This document shows positions 28,573 through 39,077 of a stretch of DNA of 64,000 nucleotides, one piece after another (the stretch's first letter is position 1; each line of letters begins with the position of its first letter). The stretch lies in IMG/VR virus record IMGVR_UViG_3300028394_002659. One strand, 5' to 3'. A model generated the notes under the pieces. That model was not told the origin of the DNA, ran no database searches, and saw only the letters and a program-made list of their open reading frames with translations. This stretch comes from a virus. Made by a program: the position numbers and the translations under genes.

Positions 28573-29585
28573 AAAGTCTGATAAATCTTCAACAGTAATT
28601 TGTTGTCGTAGAATTCTGACTCAATATTGGTAATCTGATCTGTGACAATTTGATCCACTGATTCAAACTTGACTTCGCCCGGCGCCATGTCTGTGTCTAC
28701 TGAACTGTTCTTGTTGGGTATCAAAGCCATCTCTCTCAGGCCATATTCTTTGATATACTTTTCTTTGATGAAGTTGGCTTCTTCGTATGAAATTTCAATG
28801 TCTAACTGCACTCGAACATGCATGCCGGTTGCTAATAATTTGGGTGCGTTGTCGATAATGCTGGCCAGGCCCAGCACACGATATCTTGGTTGATCGGGCC
28901 AGGCATGAAACTCTGGCTCTTTGCCCCATTCCAGAATCATCATGCCACGATCGTCGTCGCCGGCATCGGCATAGTTGTGCGGAAAGCAATTGCCAATGTA
29001 GGTGATGTTTTTTTTGGTCTGTCGTTTGTGAAAGTGTCCAGTAAACACATGTTCAAAGTTTCCGAAGTCTTCTCTGCGTACTTCACCGTGATCTGGCATC
29101 TCCACCATGGCATTCATTAGATATCCAGGCAATTCAAAGTGCCCAAACATGTACTTGCCCTTTAGTTTAGGAATACGCTTGTGATCATCGGCTACAAGCC
29201 AAGGAGCAATGACAACATCACCACGGCTAAACCAATCGTTACATATCTGTACATTAGGGAGATGCTTTGCCCATTCCACACTTTGTATGTCGCGCTTGTC
29301 TCGATAATACAAATCATGATTACCAGGAATGAAATACACGTTTTCAAAATTATCATTCATGTGCTCCAGTGCTTGTAGGCTGTAGTTCAGCGTGACAATG
29401 TTTAGGCTGGCACGGTTGTTGTGCCAGTCGCCCAGGAACATGCAGGTCTCACAGCCTTCAGCCCGGGCCTTGGCAGTGGCCCACTTGACAAAATTTAGGC
29501 AGTCCTCGTTGTGTTGAGTGCTGTTACTTTTCAAGCCAAAGTGAATGTCTGTGAAGACCGCGGCTTTACGAAATAGATTTGTCAT
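28569..29585 (-). CDS. gp47: Recombination endonuclease nuclease subunit (gp47, Mre11/SbcD-like)
   Basis: DIHFG, FLGDW, PGNHD, GHFE and GHFH metallophosphoesterase motifs. Confidence 0.95.
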   Translation of the reverse strand: MTNLFRKAAVFTDIHFGLKSNSTQHNEDCLNFVKWATAKARAEGCETCMFLGDWHNNRASLNIVTLNYSLQALEHMNDNFENVYFIPGNHDLYYRDKRDIQSVEWAKHLPNVQICNDWFSRGDVVIAPWLVADDHKRIPKLKGKYMFGHFELPGYLMNAMVEMPDHGEVRREDFGNFEHVFTGHFHKRQTKKNITYIGNCFPHNYADAGDDDRGMMILEWGKEPEFHAWPDQPRYRVLGLASIIDNAPKLLATGMHVRVQLDIEISYEEANFIKEKYIKEYGLREMALIPNKNSSVDTDMAPGEVKFESVDQIVTDQITNIESEFYDNKLLLKIYQTL

Positions 29586-29597
29586 CCTACTAGTATA

Positions 29598-30494
29598 CTA
29601 CTCATCCAGGCTACTTACAACCGGTCCGGACATGGCGGCCATTGAATGTTTGCCAGAGTTCTGTCTAGTCCATGAAGGATTGAGTCCGTTCATCTCCAAA
29701 ATGTCGTCACGGATGTTTTGATTTTTCTTTTCAATGTTCAAGATACGAGTGAAACTATTAGTGATAGCGGCAGTATAATACGCAAAAGGGTTCTGCGATT
29801 TTGATTCGTCAAATTGCAATCCGATTTGACTGAGTTGTAGCAAGGCTTGCCCCCGCATTTCTTCGTTGTAGGTGTATCCACGCCAGTTACTCCTTGTAGC
29901 ATATCTTTCGCATAATTTCATAAACATCAGGGCTAGTTTTTTGGTCATGTCTCCATGGTCCTTGGAAAACTCACCTGAGACCAAATCTCCCCGCCAGTGA
30001 CTACGGCCCACAATGAATGGTCTCTTTTCATCGTCTATGCGATAGTGCTCAAACGGGGGAAAGTTCACACGCACGTGATTCATGTCCAACACAGGCACAT
30101 CCACAATGTCTGCCAACGGATCATCCTCGGTGGCATCATCTAGATCTAGTATTTCTTCTAACTTGCGCTTTTTGGCTTCGGCTTTGGTTACTTTTTTAGG
30201 CGCCCGGGGTATGTGTTCCCAGCAAGTGATACGGAACACAATTTCTGTGTTGGGTATCTTTTTAGGGTCTACAATAGTACCTTCTCGCTTTAAACGATCT
30301 GCTCGGTTGCGCCTAGCTTCTGCTATAGTACGTTGGTTGATCTTGTCTATACTAGGCAAAATAATATCAAATTGATGATCCATTGCTCGGTCTTGATACC
30401 AGCAGTAGTTGTTTTTACTGAGGTGAATTTCTTTTAAAATATCTCTGTTGTTGAGATAATTGACACGAGGTGCCGCCTTGGGTAATAAAGTCAT
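29598..30494 (-). CDS. gp55: Late-transcription sigma factor (gp55-like)
   Basis: NYLNNRD, SNWRGYTY.EEM and FDESKSQNPFAYYT motifs; 55-47-46 synteny. Confidence 0.85.
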   Translation of the reverse strand: MTLLPKAAPRVNYLNNRDILKEIHLSKNNYCWYQDRAMDHQFDIILPSIDKINQRTIAEARRNRADRLKREGTIVDPKKIPNTEIVFRITCWEHIPRAPKKVTKAEAKKRKLEEILDLDDATEDDPLADIVDVPVLDMNHVRVNFPPFEHYRIDDEKRPFIVGRSHWRGDLVSGEFSKDHGDMTKKLALMFMKLCERYATRSNWRGYTYNEEMRGQALLQLSQIGLQFDESKSQNPFAYYTAAITNSFTRILNIEKKNQNIRDDILEMNGLNPSWTRQNSGKHSMAAMSGPVVSSLDE

Positions 30495-30517
30495 GAGTGA
30501 CTGTGTCTCCTGTTATG

Positions 30518-30550
30518 TATTTATTGTAGCACATTTACAACACTTGTCAA
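30518..30550 (-). promoter_or_regulatory. sigma70-type promoter overlapping a TAAATA late box upstream of gp55
   Basis: TTGACA (30545-30550), 16-bp spacer ending TGC, TACAAT (30523-30528); TAAATA at 30518-30523. Confidence 0.65.
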
Positions 30551-30608
30551 CCTGTTTGTTAAAATACGCCGTTTTAGAAATGGGTAAATAACATATAGGA
30601 ATACTCAA

Positions 30609-33600
30609 ATGGATCCATATTTAATAAATTCTGCTGGTGGAACTGCCCCGGAATCTGACGGCGGAACAACTACAGTGGTAGCAAACCCTCCTAAACCTCC
30701 TACGACCAACACAGTACCGAATACCACTACCAATACTAAAAAAACTGTGTATCAAACTGCCGCAAAAGACTCAGCAGTACGACCAGCAAGTGATCCCAGT
30801 CAATTCCCGGCCTACGACAACGAAGGCAACTTACAACCTGGTTTTAAAATCAATGAAGAAAACAATCAGCCATACTATGCTGGAGTAGGTCCGAGTACAA
30901 AGGATACTCCAGTACAACCAGCAAGTGATCCCAGTCAATTCCCGCAGTATGACGATGACGGCAATTTAATGCCTGGCTTTAAGATCAATCAAGAAAACGG
31001 TCAGCCATACTATGCTGGCGTTGGGCCAGCAACATCAAAAGCCGCAGTTGATACAAACAATGGTGGCGAAGGATTTGGTCTAGGCACATCTGATGGCAAC
31101 GGTGGCTTTGTCAACGCACAAGGCGATCCGGTTGATTCAAACGGCATGCCCATTGCAGGAGTACCACCCACAACATATTCTAGTCCAGTTAATAATCCAT
31201 ACTATGGATTAACACCAACGCAATTACAAGATCTTGGCGGGGCAGATCCCACAGATCCGTACATTCGTGCCAGACTAGGCATACCACAACTGCCAGATTC
31301 CACACTCATTGCCACCAGCGGCTTTGGGTTCGGTAATCTAAACACAGGCTTGCCCAGTATAGATAATGCCCTGGGCACAATCAAAGGACTGTTTGGTGGA
31401 CTGCTAGGCGGCGGTACCGGCGGCGGATCGGGTTTGAGTTCACTGTTTACCAACTTCTCTGCTACTGTGGGCGGTTTGTTTGGCGCAAAACCCACAGCGT
31501 CAACAACAGCCGCAACCACTGGCTCAGGAACAGCCGCTCTAGTGGCACCTGTGACTGGACCTCCTACGTCCAACACCGCAGTGGATACAAACAATGGTGG
31601 TGAAGGATTTGGACTTGGTACGCCTGACGGCAATGGTGGTTTTGTGAATGCTCAAGGCGATCCAGTTGATTCCGTCGGCATGCCCATTGCAGGAGTGCCA
31701 CCCACAACCTATTCCGGAACCACACTCGATGCTGATCAAGCAGATGCTTTTTACAACGGCACAGGAACATTAACTGCCGACCAACGCACAGCACAGGATC
31801 AACAAACAGCCGCAGATGCCGCGGCACTGTACCCAGGTACAAACAATACCAATCTCAAGAATATTGATGCGGCAAACGGAGCCATTGCCAGGAACGAAGT
31901 TGGCATCTCTAACGCTGAACAAATCATTGCTGAAAACAATGCTGAACTAGCAGATGCTAATATTAGTGATGCACGTAGAGCAGAACTAGAAGCCAACAAT
32001 GCCAGTCAAGAAAATTATATTCGATTGGCCAACGACAACACAGCAGAACAAGAACTAGTAATTGAAGCCAATGCTGATGGATATGCAGCCGGTGGCGGCA
32101 ATCCTGACAGCGGACAAGGTCCAGGCCAGGTGGCAGCTCTAGTGGATCCTGGCCTACAGCCTGATTTTGTCACGGACGCTGAACAAATTGCCACACGAGA
32201 CAGAATTGCAGTAGGCCAGGCACAAGATTTTAACACCAACGAGGATCCATTTGAAACCTCAAGATTAGAAGCAGAACAAAATTTAGCCAACCAACAACCT
32301 GCTGATACTAATTTAGATGTTGATCCACTGACCGACAATGAACTTGCAGTACAAGAAGCGTTTCAGCAAGATCAAAGAGATCAGTTGGCATCAGAAAATT
32401 TTGTTGAATTTCCTCCACCAGTCGATGTAAACAATAGTGGTGAAGGATTTGGCAATGTATTTCCCGATGGCTTTGGTGGATTTGTCAACGGAGATGGTCA
32501 ACCCGTTGATGCCAATGGATCATTGATACCCACTGGTGATAATGTTACTGAATCAGCCGCACTAGTCGATGTAAACAATAGTGGTGAAGGATTTGGCAAT
32601 GTATTTCCCGATGGCTTTGGTGGATTTGTCAACGGAGATGGTCAGCCTGTTGATGCCAATGGATCATTAATACCCACCGGTGATAATCTAACCCAATCGG
32701 CTGCACTGGTTGATCCAGGCACCGGCGGAGAAGGGTTTGATGTAAAGCCAGATCCAGAAGGTTCGGGCGGCTTTGTTGACAGTAGTGGCAATCCAGTTGA
32801 TCAATTTGGCATGCCTATTGAGGCGGTACAACCCACAAGTTATCCACCAGACGCAGTTGATCCGTTGTCAACTGGTTATACCAGTGATGCTGAACAAATT
32901 GCGTCGCAAAATCTTTTTCAAGGTGCCAACGATGCTGTGTCTGAAGAAGCGGCACAATCTGCCGCAATAGTGCGACGAGCCAAACAACAGTCCACAATTC
33001 AAGCACGTTACAAACAACCAGGCAACACCGACTGGCGTGTGAGACTTAGTCTTGGCCCAAAAGCACAGTACTTGTACAATGCCAATGATCCAGGTATACT
33101 AGCACCTCTCAAGGCCGGCTCGGGTACAGATGGCGTGATATTTCCTTACACACCAAACATTACCACAACTTATTCAGCCAACTATGAACAGTATGATCTA
33201 GTGCATTCAAACTATCGTGGACTGTTCTACAAGAACTCAAGAGTGGGAGACATACAAATTCGTGGCACGTTCACAGCACAGAACACTACAGAAGCCAACT
33301 ACTTGCTGGCAGTGATACATTTCTTTAGATCAGCAACCAAAATGTTCTACGGCCAAGACCCTGAACGTGGTACACCTCCTCCTATATGTTTGTTAAATGG
33401 ATTTGGAGGCTATCAATTCTCTGATCATCCGGTGGTGATCAGTTCGTTTAATTACACCTTGCCCAACGACGTGGACTACATAAGAACAACCAATCCCAAC
33501 AACTTTGGTCTGAATTTGAACAATCGCTACAACCCATCTGGGGCCAGTTTACCAGCCGGTGGATCACTATCTGGGTTGACTAGATTGGCCAATGCCTTGT

Positions 33601-33803
33601 TGACAAAAGGTGCACAGGCGCCACCCCCGTCCCCTAACTCAGTAGCAGGCAGTGTTCAAAATCTTGTGCCATCCAGTTATGTACCAACCAAAATGGAAAT
33701 TGATATCACACTAATACCTGCACAAACTCGTGCTCAAATCAGCAAACAGTTCAGCCTAGCAGGCTTTGCCAACGGTGACCTACTCAAAGGAGGGTTCTGG
33801 TAA
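30609..33803 (+). CDS. Baseplate/tail-tube initiator-like protein (gp48/54-like C-terminus) with a long repeat-rich N-terminal extension
   Basis: C-terminal WRVRLS, FPYTPNI, VHSNY, FFRSATKMFYG and GTPPP; first gene of the baseplate operon. Confidence 0.6.
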   Translation: MDPYLINSAGGTAPESDGGTTTVVANPPKPPTTNTVPNTTTNTKKTVYQTAAKDSAVRPASDPSQFPAYDNEGNLQPGFKINEENNQPYYAGVGPSTKDTPVQPASDPSQFPQYDDDGNLMPGFKINQENGQPYYAGVGPATSKAAVDTNNGGEGFGLGTSDGNGGFVNAQGDPVDSNGMPIAGVPPTTYSSPVNNPYYGLTPTQLQDLGGADPTDPYIRARLGIPQLPDSTLIATSGFGFGNLNTGLPSIDNALGTIKGLFGGLLGGGTGGGSGLSSLFTNFSATVGGLFGAKPTASTTAATTGSGTAALVAPVTGPPTSNTAVDTNNGGEGFGLGTPDGNGGFVNAQGDPVDSVGMPIAGVPPTTYSGTTLDADQADAFYNGTGTLTADQRTAQDQQTAADAAALYPGTNNTNLKNIDAANGAIARNEVGISNAEQIIAENNAELADANISDARRAELEANNASQENYIRLANDNTAEQELVIEANADGYAAGGGNPDSGQGPGQVAALVDPGLQPDFVTDAEQIATRDRIAVGQAQDFNTNEDPFETSRLEAEQNLANQQPADTNLDVDPLTDNELAVQEAFQQDQRDQLASENFVEFPPPVDVNNSGEGFGNVFPDGFGGFVNGDGQPVDANGSLIPTGDNVTESAALVDVNNSGEGFGNVFPDGFGGFVNGDGQPVDANGSLIPTGDNLTQSAALVDPGTGGEGFDVKPDPEGSGGFVDSSGNPVDQFGMPIEAVQPTSYPPDAVDPLSTGYTSDAEQIASQNLFQGANDAVSEEAAQSAAIVRRAKQQSTIQARYKQPGNTDWRVRLSLGPKAQYLYNANDPGILAPLKAGSGTDGVIFPYTPNITTTYSANYEQYDLVHSNYRGLFYKNSRVGDIQIRGTFTAQNTTEANYLLAVIHFFRSATKMFYGQDPERGTPPPICLLNGFGGYQFSDHPVVISSFNYTLPNDVDYIRTTNPNNFGLNLNNRYNPSGASLPAGGSLSGLTRLANALLTKGAQAPPPSPNSVAGSVQNLVPSSYVPTKMEIDITLIPAQTRAQISKQFSLAGFANGDLLKGGFW
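30780..32690 (+). repeat. Three pairs of intragenic direct repeats (~110-140 bp)
   Basis: PASDPSQFP.YD..GNL.PGFKIN (~30780, ~30915); VDTNNGGEGFGLGT.DGNGGFVNAQGDPVD (~31045, ~31580); VDVNNSGEGFGNVFPDGFGGFVNGDGQPVD (~32420, ~32565). Confidence 0.9.
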
Positions 33804-34102
33804 TGGCACAATACGACGCAACCAGTCCTTACTATCAAACTGGCTACAGTCAGTTCTTTCTTGAAACCATGGTCAATAGACCCATACCCAAGGAAAATGA
33901 CGACCTGACATTTACTATCAACACCACCTATCAGTATAGACCAGACCTGCTGGCATTTGACTTGTATGGCAACGCTGGTCTATGGTGGGTGTTCTATCAA
34001 CGCAACCCCAACACCTTGCAAGCACCACCCATGGACTTTGCTGTTGGTACATTGATCTACTTGCCAAAAATTACCACGCTGAAAACAGCCTTGGGATTCT
34101 AA
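33803..34102 (+). CDS. gp53: Baseplate wedge protein (gp53-like, LysM-like)
   Basis: YQYRPDLLAFDLYGNAGLWWVF..RN motif. Confidence 0.8.
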   Translation: MAQYDATSPYYQTGYSQFFLETMVNRPIPKENDDLTFTINTTYQYRPDLLAFDLYGNAGLWWVFYQRNPNTLQAPPMDFAVGTLIYLPKITTLKTALGF

Positions 34103-34105
34103 CCT

Positions 34106-37100
34106 ATGGCTACCGTGGCAGAACTACAGGCTAGATTATCTAACTTAGAACGTTTGATAGACGCTAACCTTGACAAGGTGGCGGCACTAGCACGAGAACA
34201 AGACAGCATACAAGAACAACGACGAAGGTTGTTTGCTGGCGGAGATAGAGAAGGTGCGGCAGTTTTACGAGCCCAGGAAGATGCAATTAATACCCAAATT
34301 GCATCTTTGCAAACTCAATATCAAGACGAAGCGGCCGTACTACGCCGGCAAATTGAAGGAGCTGAAGCGCAACAAGCAAACGCATCTCCAACGCAACCGC
34401 CACCGCCTGCTACTGCCAGTCAATCTGCCAGCGAAGATGGTCCTCAAGGTCCTACTAAACCAGCGGCTGCCCAAGTCAAAGCAGGCGGTCGCATAGTTGC
34501 TCCACCCGCTACCACCACTCCAACCAATGCTGATGTTCCAGTCACATCTGACACTGGTGGTACCACCGGCACTGATGCACCAACAAGAACCACGGAACAA
34601 ACACAGGCCACAGGTCCATACACACAAGGCATCAACGTCAGAGCCGAAGATGGCACACTATCTAATCTTAGAAAAAATCCTGAAACAGGTGAGTTGTATG
34701 ATCCCGGTGGCATACCTGGTGGCGTTGATTTGACCACAGAACCAGGCACACCCACTAGAGATGATGCCGCAAACAACAGTACTAATACCAAGCAAACCAA
34801 TCTAAATGCGGCCCAGGCCGATCCCATACAGGTTACGCCACAGCCTAATATTCTAGATCGCTACAACAATTATGCTTGGTCAGCATCGGTATATTTGATG
34901 AACAAGGCTCAGTATTCAAAATTGATGAACAGCAAAGATAAAAAAATTGATGGATACAACTTGCTGTTTCAATCGGGCGGTGCAGGAGTCAGTGACGGTG
35001 TCATTAGACCTCCATTCCCCACAGGCAGCAGTGGCGGCGATGCTGATGCACAAGAAGGCGGGTTTTATGGAACTGCCGCACCTGCATACCCATCAGCCAA
35101 TCGTAGTCCATTCTTCACAAACGATTTTTTTATTGACTCAGTTACATTAGAAACTCAGTGCATGGGCAAAGGCACAGGTGCCGCACATCTTGCCAGTACT
35201 CTCAAATTCACAGTTGTGGAACCTCAAGGCATCACACTGTTGGATCGCTTGTACGAAGCGGTGGCCAACTTTGAACCTAAAGAAAGCACTGGCAAGATAA
35301 ACTACACTGCCGCAACATATCTCATGGTCCTGCGTTTTTACGGCTACGACGAAAGTGGCAATATTGTATACCCTATCAAAGGCGGCCTAGATTCTCCTGT
35401 GAACACTAGCGACCCTGCGGCTGTGGTAGAAAAATTTATACCTTTCATAATTGCCAAGGTCAACTGGACCATTGGCACAAAAACAGTCGCATATGAATTT
35501 GAAGCCGCTCCTATTGGGCAAAACATTGGCGGCGGCTCCAGTCGCGGAACCATACCATATGATGTGCAACTGGTGGATAGCACTGTGGGAGGATTGCTGG
35601 GAGGAAATGCCAAGTACTCAACAGGCACAGCACCCAATGCTGATCCAGGCAAATCTACCAGTTTTAATATTCCCTTTGATACCGGGTCAGGAAGCGGTTG
35701 GGATAATCAAGCACAAACAGACCAAGATCGATTGAGAGCGGCTCAGGCCGCACCCGGCAGCGGTTCCTCATACAAACCTCCGCCTACTGCTACTGCGGCA
35801 CCCAGTCCCAAGAAAACAATCACCGAGGGCTTGATGGCTGCCATGAATGACTTTCAAAAAGAACAAGTTGAATCTGGAAACTATTTGATAGCCGATGAAT
35901 ACTCAATTGAATTTGTTGGCATACCAGGCCTGGCCAGCGCCGCTGACATCAGTGCCGCCAAAATACAACTTCCCAATGTCAAAAAAGATCATAGACGAAC
36001 ACCAAATGCAAAGCCACCAACTACAGATACAAAAGCATTAAATCAAAACACCATTTCAGTTGATTATGAAAATCGTAATTTCAGTATCACAGCCGGTCAA
36101 CAAATCTTGCAAGTGATTGAACTGGTTATTAGAAATTCAAGTTATATTGGCAAACAAAAACTAGTGGTAGTAGACGCTGACGGTGAACAAACACTCAATC
36201 AACAAACAACTAGAAATGTCACCTGGTTTACCATCAGCATGAGTTGTGAACGCAAGGACTTTGACAGCAATCGAAATGACTATGCTTACAAAATTAAATA
36301 TACTGTGAGCCCGTTTCTAGTAAAAAATCTCAACAGTCAATACTTTCCCGCTACCAAATTTTCCGGCATACACAAAAGTTATCCTTTCTGGTTCACTGGA
36401 CAAAATACCGCGGTCAAAGATTATCAAGAAACACTCAACACAATGTTTACAGCCACGTTGAGTGGCAACGGCCCTGGCACAAGCATGAGAAATCAACAGG
36501 GCAAAAGATTTACCAGTAGTATGGCAGACCTAGTGAAGTATGTTTATAGTCCAAGAAGCGGAGAAAGTAGTTTTGGTGCCGAAGGCAAAGAACTTGAACC
36601 CAATGCCAATGCCGCTGATCTATTGTACAGTCCCAGTGACCTTGCTGCCGCCAAGGTACGAATTATTGGAGATCCTGCTTGGATCATGCAAGGCAGTCAA
36701 TTCAGACCGGTCACTGCCAGCACAGTATACCCTGCGGCCAGAACAGGATTTGAAGCAGACGGATCCATAAGTTTTGACAGTCAAGACATCATGTTTGAAA
36801 TGTTATGGCAACGTCCAGAAGATTATGATCTCAGTACTGGCCTGGCAGATCCTTATGCAAAACGAACTGGCCCTGACAAAAAGCCTCTGCAGAGTCGTGT
36901 GTACATTGCCACCAAGGTTACAAGTGAATTCAAGGGCGGCAGTTTTGAACAAGCACTGGAAGGAACGTTGTATATGTTTCCAATACCGTCTGGCAAGAAC
37001 TCTGCCAATCCTGCGGCAGCGGCATCCACAGCCAATGCCAGCCCAGATACCAAGCGTGCCGGCACCGGTGGTCGTAACAATGCAAATACCAACTTTGGTG

Positions 37101-37543
37101 CTTTTGATTCAGGAACCGGGGGAAATAGTTGGGACAAACAAGCGTCATTACGCACCGGCAACTTTGGCGCTTTTGATTCGGGAACCGGGGGAAATAGTTG
37201 GGATAAACAGGCGGCAGTCGCAAGTACGCAAGGTAAACTGCCCCCGTTTGATTCAAACGGAGCAAGTGGTTGGGATAATAATAATGGTTCTCAACAAAGT
37301 GTTAACAACGGCAGTCGGGTATTGCCAGCAGGGGCACCAAGACCGCCCACAGACGGTACCGGCGGAACTATTGCGTCAACTGAGACAACCAATAGTGGAC
37401 CACCTAAACTAACTGGTGTAATAGCAAGGGCTAATGCGGCCGCTGCCGCCCGTGGCAATCAAGGACGCGGTAGTCAATCACCAGTCGGACCGACTAGCAC
37501 CACTAATCCCGCTATAAATCCAATAAACAAAACTGATGATTAA
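34106..37543 (+). CDS. Probable baseplate hub protein (gp27/gp44-like) with low-complexity termini
   Basis: Lies between gp53 and gp5; PNILDRY...A.S.S.YL, F.VVEP.G.TL and IIGDP.W segments; duplicated NFGAFDSGTGGNSWDKQA at ~37090-37215. Confidence 0.5.
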   Translation: MATVAELQARLSNLERLIDANLDKVAALAREQDSIQEQRRRLFAGGDREGAAVLRAQEDAINTQIASLQTQYQDEAAVLRRQIEGAEAQQANASPTQPPPPATASQSASEDGPQGPTKPAAAQVKAGGRIVAPPATTTPTNADVPVTSDTGGTTGTDAPTRTTEQTQATGPYTQGINVRAEDGTLSNLRKNPETGELYDPGGIPGGVDLTTEPGTPTRDDAANNSTNTKQTNLNAAQADPIQVTPQPNILDRYNNYAWSASVYLMNKAQYSKLMNSKDKKIDGYNLLFQSGGAGVSDGVIRPPFPTGSSGGDADAQEGGFYGTAAPAYPSANRSPFFTNDFFIDSVTLETQCMGKGTGAAHLASTLKFTVVEPQGITLLDRLYEAVANFEPKESTGKINYTAATYLMVLRFYGYDESGNIVYPIKGGLDSPVNTSDPAAVVEKFIPFIIAKVNWTIGTKTVAYEFEAAPIGQNIGGGSSRGTIPYDVQLVDSTVGGLLGGNAKYSTGTAPNADPGKSTSFNIPFDTGSGSGWDNQAQTDQDRLRAAQAAPGSGSSYKPPPTATAAPSPKKTITEGLMAAMNDFQKEQVESGNYLIADEYSIEFVGIPGLASAADISAAKIQLPNVKKDHRRTPNAKPPTTDTKALNQNTISVDYENRNFSITAGQQILQVIELVIRNSSYIGKQKLVVVDADGEQTLNQQTTRNVTWFTISMSCERKDFDSNRNDYAYKIKYTVSPFLVKNLNSQYFPATKFSGIHKSYPFWFTGQNTAVKDYQETLNTMFTATLSGNGPGTSMRNQQGKRFTSSMADLVKYVYSPRSGESSFGAEGKELEPNANAADLLYSPSDLAAAKVRIIGDPAWIMQGSQFRPVTASTVYPAARTGFEADGSISFDSQDIMFEMLWQRPEDYDLSTGLADPYAKRTGPDKKPLQSRVYIATKVTSEFKGGSFEQALEGTLYMFPIPSGKNSANPAAAASTANASPDTKRAGTGGRNNANTNFGAFDSGTGGNSWDKQASLRTGNFGAFDSGTGGNSWDKQAAVASTQGKLPPFDSNGASGWDNNNGSQQSVNNGSRVLPAGAPRPPTDGTGGTIASTETTNSGPPKLTGVIARANAAAAARGNQGRGSQSPVGPTSTTNPAINPINKTDD

Positions 37544-37552
37544 AGGACACAC

Positions 37553-39076
37553 ATGGTAGATAATGTACAGCGTAGCAAAGGCCGTCCTGGTAACTATAAA
37601 CTAGACCGCGGAGGTGTACCTTCGGAGTTTGGTCCATTTACTGGTGTGGTCATGAGCGCCGTAGACCCGACTCGTAGCGGCCGACTACAGGTGTACATTG
37701 AAGCATTTGCAGACGGCGGGGAAGACGGCATGAAAAACGATGCCAAGTGGACCACAGTGAGTTATATGCCGCCTTTTTATGGCAACACGCCAACAACTGC
37801 CACCAATGGTCAAACCCAGGACAATGGTGGTTACCCTGGCACCCCCAACAGTTATGGCATGTGGTTTACTCCGCCAGATGTGGGAGTCACTGTAATTTGC
37901 ATTTTTGTAAATGGTGACCGCAGCCAAGGTTATTACATTGGCGTTGCTCCTGAACAAGGCACAGGGCGCATGGTTCCGGCCATTGGCTCAGTGGCTAAAT
38001 CACAAGCAGAAGTACAGAATCAAAATCAAGAATCATATTTTGCCAATGCTTCACGTTTGCCTGTGGCAGAAATCAACATCAACAACGATGAACTGTTTAA
38101 CAATCCAAGATTTTTTGACGGCATAAAACCTGTGCAAAGTGTTGTGGCTCAAGCATTGCTTCAACAAGGTCTTATAACCGACAACGAACGCGGCACAATC
38201 AACTCCAGCAGTCAACGAGAGACCCCCAGTGCTGTGTTTGGAATCAGTACCCCTGGCACAGCCATTTATCAGGGCGGCATGAAACCCAACGATATCAATG
38301 CCAAACTCAATGCCGGCGAAATCAAACCAGGTGATGCCAAAGTCATTGGACGTGTGGGCGGCCATAGCTTTGTGATGGATGATGGTGATACCGAAGGCAA
38401 CAATGCCCTGCTGAGATTACGCACCTCAAAAGGCCATCAAATCACCATGAGTGATACTGGAAACTTTTTCTATATTGTTCATGCCAATGGACAAACTTGG
38501 ATTGAATTTGGAGTAGAAGGCACAGTGGATGTGTATGCCACAAACTCAGTAAACATTCGTACCAAGGGTGATATAAACCTGCATGCTGATCGTGACATCA
38601 ACATGTTTGCTGGTCGTTATTTAAAAATGAAAAGCATGGAAGATATGCAGTTAGAAACAAATACATTCTTGAGTGTGCAGGCACAAGATGATATTACTTT
38701 GTATAGCAAAGGCACCATTGGAGTCAAAGCAGATGGCACACTTACATTAAACAGCACATCAGGGTCTTGGGGTGCAGGATCTGCGCTGGCTTTACAAGCA
38801 GGTGGTATTGATCTCAACGGTCCTGCCGCCGGCACGGTCTCTAATCCACAACCATTGACCACAACCTTGTTGGATGATACTGAATGGGATACCAGCAAGG
38901 GTTGGATAGTCAAACCTGAAGGACTTGAGAGCACCGTGAGCCGTGCGCCTACGCACGAACCTTATCCTTATCATAACAAAGGTGTGGATGTTGAAATTGC
39001 ATTTGAAGAGGGTAAACCCTCACCGCCACCAGGCGCAGTACCAGTACCTCCTGGTATAGAAATACAGGCGCAATAA
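37553..39076 (+). CDS. gp5: Baseplate central spike (gp5/VgrG-like OB fold + beta-helix)
   Basis: DPTRSGRLQV, SYGMWFTPPDVG..V.C.F, GHSFVMDDG, RLRTSKGHQI and PTHEPYP.H. Confidence 0.85.
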   Translation: MVDNVQRSKGRPGNYKLDRGGVPSEFGPFTGVVMSAVDPTRSGRLQVYIEAFADGGEDGMKNDAKWTTVSYMPPFYGNTPTTATNGQTQDNGGYPGTPNSYGMWFTPPDVGVTVICIFVNGDRSQGYYIGVAPEQGTGRMVPAIGSVAKSQAEVQNQNQESYFANASRLPVAEININNDELFNNPRFFDGIKPVQSVVAQALLQQGLITDNERGTINSSSQRETPSAVFGISTPGTAIYQGGMKPNDINAKLNAGEIKPGDAKVIGRVGGHSFVMDDGDTEGNNALLRLRTSKGHQITMSDTGNFFYIVHANGQTWIEFGVEGTVDVYATNSVNIRTKGDINLHADRDINMFAGRYLKMKSMEDMQLETNTFLSVQAQDDITLYSKGTIGVKADGTLTLNSTSGSWGAGSALALQAGGIDLNGPAAGTVSNPQPLTTTLLDDTEWDTSKGWIVKPEGLESTVSRAPTHEPYPYHNKGVDVEIAFEEGKPSPPPGAVPVPPGIEIQAQ

Positions 39077-39077
39077 C

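Noticed and set aside
30780-37215. Direct repeats as a CRISPR array or DGR template/variable repeats
   Set aside because: They are in-frame coding duplications with mostly synonymous differences; no spacers, cas genes or reverse transcriptase, and no adenine-specific pattern seen.
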